64,000 nt of DNA, taken from an uncultured Verrucomicrobiae bacterium. Its GTDB lineage: Bacteria; Verrucomicrobiota; Verrucomicrobiia; Limisphaerales; Palsa-1400. The DNA lies in NCBI GenBank assembly GCA_963764165.1, contig CAVXRD010000002.1:1184001-1248000 (forward strand). Reading direction: 5' to 3'. Shown piece by piece: positions 48,406-56,548 of this stretch (its first letter is position 1; each line of letters starts with the position of its first letter). The position numbers were made by a program, and so were the translations under genes. The notes below the pieces were generated by a model. It saw only the letters and a list, made by a program, of their open reading frames with translations. It did not search any database and was not told the DNA's origin.

Positions 48406-49392
48406 CTATTTGCCGCTCGGCTTGGAGTCTTTATCACGGGCGCGCCGTTTTGCTCTTCTCTGTTCTGCCTTTTCCTGGCCTGATTTCATCAAATCGATCA
48501 TGTCAGACGAAGGCATCGAGAGGGTCACTCCCACTGCAAGGCCATCCTTCGTGATCGTAATGGAGTTCGCGAGCTTGGTGGCGTTGGTGTCGCCGCCCCC
48601 TTGCATTTTAAGCATCGCCATAAGCCCTTGTACCATGGAATTTAGTTTCGCAGCCGTGTCGTCGTCGGCTGTTTCAAGGTGGAGGGTGGCGGTCGTGTTG
48701 TCATTGGCCTCGCTTACTTTCAAATACGCCGATTTGCACATTTGGAGAAAGGCGGCGGGGCCCTGGGCCTTGGGAACGTCAACTTTGAGCACCACCGCCT
48801 CAAGGAGAATATGTTCGCCGGGCTTTGTGTAAAGAGGCTCTTTCGCTGCTTCAACGGCGCGCTCCGGGCCCTCCAGGACATCCAGCGCGTCGGCCAGGCG
48901 CGCCTCAGACTGGCCGCATACAATGTAATGTCCCGAAATCGCGCCGTAAGCGCGCGCGGTCCCGCCTTCCCTTCTTTTCCACTTCTCATCCAGCCAGGAG
49001 TAAATCACGCGCGAGCCGTTCGTGACGCCATGGAAGTCATTCAGGTCTTCGGCCTTGGCCAGCAGTTTGTCAGGTTCAAAATCCGCGGCTATCAACATTA
49101 CCCCTTCGTTGGAATGCCCCGCGGTTGTGTAAAACGTTATGCCGTGCAATTGCTTTCCCAAATCGGCATCGAAGCGGGCTCCCACCTCCGCCAGGGCATC
49201 CTGCAATGCCGGTTCTGAAAGCACAGATTGGCCGACAGCGCTGGCGCTGATCGCGTCCCAATCCAGATGCACCATCGTGACTGAATCAGCGGCAATGTCC
49301 TTGGGATTCACCGGGGAGGCGAAACCGGCGGCCGCGCCGGCCATGACAGCGGCGGTCGTCGAAAGCAGCAGAGCGATTCGCTTGATAAGCAT
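48406..49392 (-). CDS. Hypothetical exported protein
   Basis: 328-aa ORF with signal peptide MLIKRIALLLSTTAAVMAGAAAGFA. Confidence 0.8.
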   Translation of the reverse strand: MLIKRIALLLSTTAAVMAGAAAGFASPVNPKDIAADSVTMVHLDWDAISASAVGQSVLSEPALQDALAEVGARFDADLGKQLHGITFYTTAGHSNEGVMLIAADFEPDKLLAKAEDLNDFHGVTNGSRVIYSWLDEKWKRREGGTARAYGAISGHYIVCGQSEARLADALDVLEGPERAVEAAKEPLYTKPGEHILLEAVVLKVDVPKAQGPAAFLQMCKSAYLKVSEANDNTTATLHLETADDDTAAKLNSMVQGLMAMLKMQGGGDTNATKLANSITITKDGLAVGVTLSMPSSDMIDLMKSGQEKAEQRRAKRRARDKDSKPSGK

Positions 49393-49482
49393 AAAAATCA
49401 ATCCGTCCCTGGATCATACGCAAAAAGCGAGGAATTGGATACAAAGATGTCGCAGGTGCGGGATAAAATTTTTCGGAACCGG

Positions 49483-49540
49483 GCAGCGGCGGCGTCCCGC
49501 CGCTGAAAGCCCTTCCGAGGCGAGACGCCTCTGCCACCTT
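49483..49540. repeat. REP-like repeat family D copy 1
   Basis: CGTCCCGCCGCTGAA...GAGGCGAGACGCCTCTGCCAC; similar at 59266-59325. Confidence 0.7.
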
Positions 49541-49651
49541 AGGGGCGCCAAGCGAAAGCCTGAACATAAATTGTCCGGCTCCTTGCGCCCCTGCGCCCTT
49601 GGGCGCAGGCGCACCGAACGCAGAGTCAGGCTTGAATAGCAGGCTTCATCC

Positions 49652-49740
49652 GCCTTTTCCTCTTCGTGGCCTTTGTTTGCTTGCTGTCCCATTTTCTTGC
49701 CGTTTCCAATCGGCCTGGCAAGAACCAGGCGCGCCACGCT
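49652..49740 (-). repeat. Dispersed repeat family C, 89 bp (inverted)
   Basis: Reverse complement is 78/89 identical to 45335-45423. Confidence 0.85.
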
Positions 49741-49817
49741 GCCGGCAGCCAAAAATGCGCGATGCGCTGAGAACTTAAATCTTGCGATGCAACCGCAATC
49801 CCCGAAAATCGGCGGGA

Positions 49818-51296
49818 ATGAACCTCGTGCTTGCTTTTGCCAAGTCCGCGCACTTGGAGTTGTCCCGCACCGCCCTCTTCTGGGGCGAGGTCCAATATTC
49901 CTACGGGAAGTTTTGGGCGCAAACGGTGGCGGTGGCGCGGAAGTTGGGCGCGGAGCTTGGCGTCAAACGAGGGGATCGGGTGGGGATTTGGCTGAAGAAT
50001 TGCCCGGAATTTGTTCCGGCGCTTTTTGGCGTGTGGCAGGCAGGAGCCGTCGCGGTGACGATTAATAACTTCCTCAAACCTGCGGAGGTTCTTTTCATTC
50101 TTAACGACGCGGGGATCGATACGCTCATCGTGGACGAGTCGATGGCGGAAGGGTTTTCCAAGCTGGTCGCGGAACGGCCGGGGTTAAAGTCGCTTCAGGT
50201 GGAATTCATCAGCGGTATTTCCGCCGCGCAAGCCGCGCCGCTGGAAACGATGACCGAGACCGATTTGGCGGTGATCGTTTACACTTCGGGAACGACCGGG
50301 CATCCGAAGGGCGCTATGCTTTCGCACGGCAATTTGCTGGCGAATGTCGAAAGCTGCCGCGAAGTTTTGGCGGCGGTGGGCGATGATCGGTTTGCGGTGC
50401 TGCTGCCGATGTTTCACAGCTTCATGTTCACCGTCGGAGTCGTGCTGCCGATGATTGTGGGTGGATCGATTGTGCTCATCAAGTCGCTGCATCCGGCCAA
50501 GAATATCATTGCGGAGATCATCCAGCATGGCGCCACCATTCTGCCCGCCGTGCCGCAATTTTTCCGCGCTTTGACGAACGCAACCCTTCCGCCAGATATT
50601 GCGCTGCGGCTCTGCATCAGCGGTGGCGCTCCCTTGCCTGCGGAGACATTGCGCGAATTCACGGAGAGATTTCCCATCCCGCTGCTGGAAGGGTACGGCT
50701 TGAGCGAGGCGAGCCCCGTCGTGTCGTTTACGCCGATACGCGGACCGTGGAAGGCTGGTTCAATTGGCGTGCCGATTCCGGGTGTCGAAGTCACCATTCA
50801 AAACGAATCGGGAGAAATTCTCCCGCCCGGCGTGGTTGGCGAATTATGTGTGCGCGGCGCGAATGTCATGCTCGGCTATTGGAAACAACCCGAAGCCACC
50901 GCCGAAGTCATGCGCAATGGCTGGCTGCTCACCGGCGACATCGGCTACGGCGATGCGGACGGATATTTCTACATCACGGATCGCAAGAAAGACATGCTGC
51001 TCGTCAACGGCATCAATGTTTACCCGCGCGAAATCGAGGAGGTGCTCTACAAATTTCCCGGCGTGAAGGAAGCCGCCGTCATCGGCATTCCCGACGCGCG
51101 CAAAGGGGAGCAGCCGCTGGCGTTCGTGGCCGCCCACGATGGCGCCATTGTGGAAGAGGCGGGCGTATTGCAATATCTTCGCGAGCGCCTGGCCGATTAC
51201 AAGGTGCCGCGCAAAATTGTCTTCATGCCGGCGCTGCCGCACAGCGCCACCGGCAAAACCCTCAAATTGGAATTGCGAAAAATGGCCCAGAAATGA
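49818..51296 (+). CDS. Long-chain fatty-acid--CoA ligase
   Basis: YTSGTTGHPKG, EGYGLSE, TGDIG, DRKKD, TGK. Confidence 0.93.
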   Translation: MNLVLAFAKSAHLELSRTALFWGEVQYSYGKFWAQTVAVARKLGAELGVKRGDRVGIWLKNCPEFVPALFGVWQAGAVAVTINNFLKPAEVLFILNDAGIDTLIVDESMAEGFSKLVAERPGLKSLQVEFISGISAAQAAPLETMTETDLAVIVYTSGTTGHPKGAMLSHGNLLANVESCREVLAAVGDDRFAVLLPMFHSFMFTVGVVLPMIVGGSIVLIKSLHPAKNIIAEIIQHGATILPAVPQFFRALTNATLPPDIALRLCISGGAPLPAETLREFTERFPIPLLEGYGLSEASPVVSFTPIRGPWKAGSIGVPIPGVEVTIQNESGEILPPGVVGELCVRGANVMLGYWKQPEATAEVMRNGWLLTGDIGYGDADGYFYITDRKKDMLLVNGINVYPREIEEVLYKFPGVKEAAVIGIPDARKGEQPLAFVAAHDGAIVEEAGVLQYLRERLADYKVPRKIVFMPALPHSATGKTLKLELRKMAQK

Positions 51297-51463
51297 GTTC
51301 TTGCGCGAGTTTTCGCAAAAAACAGGGTTTTCATATCCTATTGAATACAAGTCGTTTGCGATCAAAATGGCGTTTTACTGGTTGACCCCGGCGGTGTACG
51401 GCCCCTAGACTGTTGGGACTGCGACTCTCCGTCAGAAGCGGAAGTGTCGTCCAGTGCGATTTT

Positions 51464-51661
51464 ATGGCTGAAGGATATTGTGTTAAGTGCAAAGCAAAAA
51501 AGGAAATTGCCGAGGCCGTTGAAGAGACGATGAAGAATGGGCGCAAGGCGATCAAAGGCAAATGTCCGACGTGCGGCGTGGTGATGTTTAAAATTTTGGG
51601 CGGCAAAGCGGCCGTGGTCCCCGCCAACGTGGCTCCCAAAGGCGACACCCAGCCCACTTAG
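51464..51661 (+). CDS. Small basic zinc-ribbon protein (DUF5679-like)
   Basis: YCVKCKAK...MKNGRKAIKGKCPTCG..MFKI. Confidence 0.85.
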   Translation: MAEGYCVKCKAKKEIAEAVEETMKNGRKAIKGKCPTCGVVMFKILGGKAAVVPANVAPKGDTQPT

Positions 51662-51669
51662 ATTTCTCT

Positions 51670-52842
51670 ATGGCTCAACAACTGGCTTACGTCATCATTA
51701 CTCCGTACACGCTCCACAAGTCCCGCACGGGCGGGATTCTGGCGCGGCTGATCACCCGCACCGGTCTCGAATTGGCGGCGGCCCGCATGTTCGCGCCCAG
51801 CAACGAACTGGTGCAGCAGTATGCCGACAAAATTATTTCCGCCGAAGATCCGCAGGATCGCCGCATTCAGGAATTGATCCGCGATTACATCCTGCGCAAT
51901 CTCGCGCCGGATCCCAAGACGAAACGCGCCCGGCGCGTCATGGTGCTTTTGTTCCGCGGCGAGGAAGCCGTGCGAAAGGTTCGCTCCGTCATCGGCAACA
52001 TCGCCGCCGGACGCCATGGCGGCGAAACCATTCGCGACACCTATGGCGATCTCGTGGTCGATGAGCATGACCAGGTGCGCTACTTCGAGCCGGCCGTCCT
52101 GGCCGCGCCGACGCCGGATGAAGCGGTGACCAAGCTCAAACTGTGGGCCAGCTATTCCGATTCGGACGGCGGCATTGTGGACAACACGCTCTTTCACGGC
52201 GCGGAAGACAAACCGCAGCGCACTCTCGTTCTCATCAAGCCGGACAACTTCCGCTTCGCCACGGGACGACCGGGCAATGTCATTGATTTTCTGTCGCGCA
52301 CGGGATTGTTCATCGTCGGCATCAAGGTGCATCGCATGAGCATGGCCGAGGCGTCGGAATTTTACGGGCCGGTGCGCGAAGTATTGCGCACGAAGCTGAA
52401 AGACGTCGTCGCCAGCCGTGCCAAGACGGCGCTGGAAAAGGAATTCGGCTTCAAAATTCCAGCGGCGGAAGAAAAGCATTTCGGCGAAATTCTAGGTCCG
52501 ATTTTTGGCGACAATCAATTCGACAACATCGTCAAATTCATGTCGGGCCGCTCGCCTGCTGATTGCGATCCCGCCTTGGCCAAACAGCCGGGAACGGAGC
52601 GTTGCATCGCCTTGATTTACGAGGGTGTGGAGGCGATTGGAAAAATCCGCGACGTCCTCGGCCCGACCGATCCGTCGAAGGCGCCGCCGGGATCCATCCG
52701 GCGCGAATTCGGCTCGAACATCATGGTCAACGCGGCCCACGCCAGCGATTCCGTCGCAAGCGCGGAGCGGGAAATGAAGATCGTCAATGTGGGCGAGAAC
52801 AACTTCCGCGCGGTGGTGGAAGAAGTTTACGGCAAAATCTGA
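51670..52842 (+). CDS. ndk: Nucleoside-diphosphate kinase with tandem NDK domains
   Basis: C-domain TLVLIKPD...GPTDP...GSIR..FG...NAAHASDS; N-domain has the same fold motifs but no catalytic His. Confidence 0.85.
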   Translation: MAQQLAYVIITPYTLHKSRTGGILARLITRTGLELAAARMFAPSNELVQQYADKIISAEDPQDRRIQELIRDYILRNLAPDPKTKRARRVMVLLFRGEEAVRKVRSVIGNIAAGRHGGETIRDTYGDLVVDEHDQVRYFEPAVLAAPTPDEAVTKLKLWASYSDSDGGIVDNTLFHGAEDKPQRTLVLIKPDNFRFATGRPGNVIDFLSRTGLFIVGIKVHRMSMAEASEFYGPVREVLRTKLKDVVASRAKTALEKEFGFKIPAAEEKHFGEILGPIFGDNQFDNIVKFMSGRSPADCDPALAKQPGTERCIALIYEGVEAIGKIRDVLGPTDPSKAPPGSIRREFGSNIMVNAAHASDSVASAEREMKIVNVGENNFRAVVEEVYGKI

Positions 52843-52875
52843 TTTTGCCGCTGATAAAGGTAGGGACGCCTCGCC

Positions 52876-54558
52876 GAGATTGTCTCAAAACTTCTGTTTT
52901 TTGAGGAATGTATTTGACAATATGTGAGCCTTTAGTTGACAATGCCGTTCAACAAATATGGCTCAACCGATTGCCCCTGATTACGGACAGCAGTTCCTCC
53001 TCCCGCCCGCCCTGGAGGACTGGGTGTCCGCCGACCATCCCGCCCGCTTCCTGCGCGAATTTGTCGACCAGTTGGATCTGCCCCAGCTTGGGTTTGTCAT
53101 TCCCGCCGCCGCCGAAGGCCGTCCGCCCTATGCCCCCAGCCTCCTGCTCAAGATTTGGCTTTACGGTTATTTCCACCGCATTCGCTCCACCCGCAAGCTG
53201 GAAACCGCCTGCACGGAGCATGTCTCGCTGCTGTGGCTGACGGGGCTCAACGCCCCCGACCACAACAGCCTCTGGCGGTTCTGGGACGGAAACAAAAAGG
53301 CCCTGCGCCAGGTTTTCAAGCAAACCGTGCAGCTGGCCCTCCGCACCGGGGCGGTGGGATTTGCCTTGCAAGCGTTGGACGGCACCAAGATTCAAGCCGC
53401 CTGCAGCGGGCCGCAGGGCTGGAGCAAGGTTTACATGGAGAAGCTCCTGGCCCAGCTGGATGGCGCCTTGGAGGAAATCGAGCTCAAAGTCGTGGCGGAG
53501 AACCAGGATTCCAGCGCACCGGGCTGCCGGCTGCCCGCCGGGTTGGCCCAGCGCCAGGCCCTGCGCGAGGAAATCAAAAAAGGCCTGGCCCAGCTGCAGG
53601 CCGACGGGCGCCACCATTACCATCCAGCCGAACCGGAGGCGCGCCGGATGAAAGTCGGCGACACCAACCGCTTTGCCTACAACGCCCAGGCGGTGGCCGA
53701 CAGCCAGGAGGGCATCATGGTCGCCTGTCAAGCCACCCGCCAGGAAACCGACGCCGGCCAGCTGGTCCCCATGATTGAAGAAGCGAGGCAAAACCTCGGT
53801 CCGGCGGCCATTCCAACCCTCACCGCCGCCGACGCCGGCTATGGGGGCGGGGCCGACTTGAAAGCGGCCGTGGAACAGCAGATGAATGTGCTGGCCCCGC
53901 CGGCGGAGGGCAAGCCAGCCCACGACAACGCCTACGCGACGCAGCATTTTCATTATGACGAGGCGGCCCACACCGTCACCTGCCCGCAAGAGCGCCTTCT
54001 GGACCACGAAGGCCAGACCACCAAGAAAGGCCAGACCGTTGAGCGCTTCCGCTGCCATCACCGAGACTGTCCCGTGCGCGCCCTCTGCAGCCGCGATCCC
54101 AAAGGGCGGCAAGTCGAAGTGTGGCCGCACACCACGCTGGTGCAAGCCATGCGGGCCCGGCTGCAAGAGCCAGGACCCGCCGCGCTTTATGGAAAGCGCA
54201 AAGAGATCATCGAACGCCGGTTTGGGCAGCTCAAGCAACACGACGGCTTTCGGCGTTGGACAGTTTGGGGTCTGGAAGCCGTGCAAGCCCAATGGGCCTT
54301 GTTATGCGCCACCTTGAACCTGCGAATCCTCTATAAAAAGTGGCAGGCCCGGGTCCAGACGCCGAAAATGGAAGTCAAAACCGCCGCGGTTGAAGGAAAT
54401 TTGGCGATGGCGGCCTAAAAAAGGAGGGAAAGGGAAGCTTGGCGTCATCGCTGACGCCAGCCACGCTCTGACAACTAAAAGTTGACACCCGTTTCCACAG
54501 CCCCTATTGGTGCCCATATAACCAGATCGGCCAGACTAAAACGTTTTGAGACAGTCTC
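52876..54558 (+). mobile_element. IS1182-family insertion sequence, 1683 bp
   Basis: 16-bp TIRs GAGATTGTCTCAAAAC / GAGACTGTCTCAAAAC; 4-bp target duplication CGCC at 52872-52875 and 54559-54562. Confidence 0.93.
52958..54418 (+). CDS. IS1182-family DDE transposase
   Basis: QQFLLPP..EDWV..DHPAR, GRPPYAP, LDGTKIQA, AYNAQ, ADAGY, IERRFGQLK. Confidence 0.93.
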   Translation: MAQPIAPDYGQQFLLPPALEDWVSADHPARFLREFVDQLDLPQLGFVIPAAAEGRPPYAPSLLLKIWLYGYFHRIRSTRKLETACTEHVSLLWLTGLNAPDHNSLWRFWDGNKKALRQVFKQTVQLALRTGAVGFALQALDGTKIQAACSGPQGWSKVYMEKLLAQLDGALEEIELKVVAENQDSSAPGCRLPAGLAQRQALREEIKKGLAQLQADGRHHYHPAEPEARRMKVGDTNRFAYNAQAVADSQEGIMVACQATRQETDAGQLVPMIEEARQNLGPAAIPTLTAADAGYGGGADLKAAVEQQMNVLAPPAEGKPAHDNAYATQHFHYDEAAHTVTCPQERLLDHEGQTTKKGQTVERFRCHHRDCPVRALCSRDPKGRQVEVWPHTTLVQAMRARLQEPGPAALYGKRKEIIERRFGQLKQHDGFRRWTVWGLEAVQAQWALLCATLNLRILYKKWQARVQTPKMEVKTAAVEGNLAMAA

Positions 54559-54710
54559 CGCCGAGGCGTCCGGGGACTTTCGCGAGTCCGCACGTGTTCA
54601 AAAAATGCCATAGCCCCGGACGCCTCGGCGAGGCGTCAAAAAATGGCCCCCGCATTAGCCCTTTACGGGTCGCGCGGGATGGGGTATAATGCCACCCAGA
54701 AAGTATCTAT

Positions 54711-54917
54711 ATGCATATGATGATAGCCGGCATGATTGGCGGCACGGAGTTGATGGTGATCGCGGTGGTCGCGATGGTTCTCTTTGGCGCGCGCAAAATT
54801 CCCGAATTCGCCAAGGGACTCGGCCAGGCGATGAAGGAATTCAAAAAAGCGTCCAACGACGAGGATCATCCGAATTCCACGCCGACGACGCCCGCGCAGC
54901 CGCCCGCCGCGAAGTAA
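54711..54917 (+). CDS. tatA: Twin-arginine translocase TatA/E
   Basis: GGTEL...VLFGARKIPEFAKGLG. Confidence 0.92.
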   Translation: MHMMIAGMIGGTELMVIAVVAMVLFGARKIPEFAKGLGQAMKEFKKASNDEDHPNSTPTTPAQPPAAK

Positions 54918-55001
54918 TCGCGAACCGCCATTCACGGCGGCTTGGCGCTTTACTAAGGGCGCCGCGTGAGTTACATTTTGGCGAAGAAAAACACTGGATT
55001 G

Positions 55002-55295
55002 ATGCATATGAGTTTTGCGTTTTTAGGCATGGGCGGCACGGAAATGCTGGTTGTCATGGGGGCCGCATTGGTTCTTTTTGGCTCGAAGAAGATTCCGGAG
55101 TTCGCCAAGGGCCTTGGTTCCGCCATGCGGGAGTTCAAGAAGGCCTCGGCGGACGTCAGTTACGAGCTGCAGAACGCCATGAATTCCGAACCCGTCCACA
55201 CGCCTCCGCCACCCGCGAAGTTGGCAGCCCCAGCCCCCGAAACAACCGCAACCGTTTCGCCTGCGCCTGCCGCCACTGTTCCAAAGTCCTCCTGA
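55002..55295 (+). CDS. Second TatA/TatB-like subunit
   Basis: GGTEML...VLFGSKKIPEFAKGLG; longer Pro/Ala tail. Confidence 0.9.
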   Translation: MHMSFAFLGMGGTEMLVVMGAALVLFGSKKIPEFAKGLGSAMREFKKASADVSYELQNAMNSEPVHTPPPPAKLAAPAPETTATVSPAPAATVPKSS

Positions 55296-55312
55296 TCCGC
55301 TATAACTAAACC

Positions 55313-56320
55313 ATGGCGGATGGTGACGAAGCACTTCGGCCCGAAGAAGAAGAGGTTGGCGGTGGAGCGGTCAAATCGTTCCTCGAACACCTCGAAGATT
55401 TGCGTTGGATGCTTATCAAGGCATGCGGCGCGCTCTTCGTCGCTTTTGTCGTTTGCCTGTTTATTCCGAATCAGCTTGTAGCCATTCTCAAGTGGCCGCT
55501 CGACAAGTCCAGCCAGCGCCATGTCGCATTGGTTCCAACGGACACGAACCAGGTGCTCGCGGTCCAAATGGGCGATTTGACGCTCGTGACGGGCCGAACC
55601 AAAACGAACCACTTCGGCCCCGTTGATTTCGGCACGAACCAGTTCGTCACCCTCAAGATCGATCCGGTCAAGATTGGGACGAACGTGGTCGCGGGCTTGA
55701 CGTTCATCACCAATGCTCCGGCTCCGGAAGGCGGCGGCCAGAAGCTCATGTTTGTCGATGGGCCTGGAGGTCCATTCATGTTCGCCATTCACATGGCGTT
55801 CTTTGGCGGAATTATTTTGGCGTCACCGTTCATCCTTTATTACCTCGGCGAATTCATCATGCCGGCCCTCAAAATCCGCGAGAAGAAGTATTTCATGCGG
55901 GCGTTTATTTTCGGCACCGTGCTTTTTATCGGAGGCGTTTGCTTCGCCTACTTCGGCGTGATGCCCGCCGCCATCAAATTCGCCGTGCTTTACGCGGATT
56001 GGATGGGCATCGACGTCCCGTTCTGGCCCGCCAACGAATACGCCAGTTTCATGATCAAATTCATGCTTGGCATGGGCGCGGGATTTGAATTGCCCGTCGT
56101 TTTGCTGGCGCTGGTGAAGATCGGCATTCTCGATTACCAAAAGCTGAAGGCGATGCGCCGTTACATGATCGTGGGCAACCTGGTTCTCGGCGCGGTTTTG
56201 ACGACCCCGGAAGTCCTGACCCAAATTTGCATGGCCGTCGCCCTGCAAATCCTCTTCGAGATGGCCGTGTGGATCGCCTGGTATTGGGAACGCCAGGAGA
56301 AAAAGCGCGGACAGGTTTAA
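55313..56320 (+). CDS. tatC: Twin-arginine translocase TatC
   Basis: FLEHLEDLR, FIMPAL, FELP, TTPE. Confidence 0.95.
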   Translation: MADGDEALRPEEEEVGGGAVKSFLEHLEDLRWMLIKACGALFVAFVVCLFIPNQLVAILKWPLDKSSQRHVALVPTDTNQVLAVQMGDLTLVTGRTKTNHFGPVDFGTNQFVTLKIDPVKIGTNVVAGLTFITNAPAPEGGGQKLMFVDGPGGPFMFAIHMAFFGGIILASPFILYYLGEFIMPALKIREKKYFMRAFIFGTVLFIGGVCFAYFGVMPAAIKFAVLYADWMGIDVPFWPANEYASFMIKFMLGMGAGFELPVVLLALVKIGILDYQKLKAMRRYMIVGNLVLGAVLTTPEVLTQICMAVALQILFEMAVWIAWYWERQEKKRGQV

Positions 56321-56340
56321 TTTAGGCGGGCGCAATCATT

Positions 56341-56496
56341 TTATTCCGCGCAGCCAAGCGATCTGAAAAAGCGGCAACCGGTGCATCGGACGATTGTAAC
56401 TGCACCGCCGATGGTCGAATAGATGAATTGCGCCTGAACCGCCGGAGCAATTGCGATAAGCAGCCAACCGAAAGGAACGGACAATGTCGCTTTCGT
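56341..56496 (-). pseudogene. 5' stub of a paralog of the adjacent LRR surface protein
   Basis: (ACG)KATLSVPFGWLLIAIAPAVQAQFIYSTIGGAVTIVRCTG...* versus MKSLLPALFSALMFAVATAVQAQFTYTTDFGQITITGYTG. Confidence 0.65.
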
Positions 56497-56548
56497 AGAT
56501 TCCCGCCTGGCACACTAGAGAGCAACGGCGTCTTTACGCGCCGCCAAC

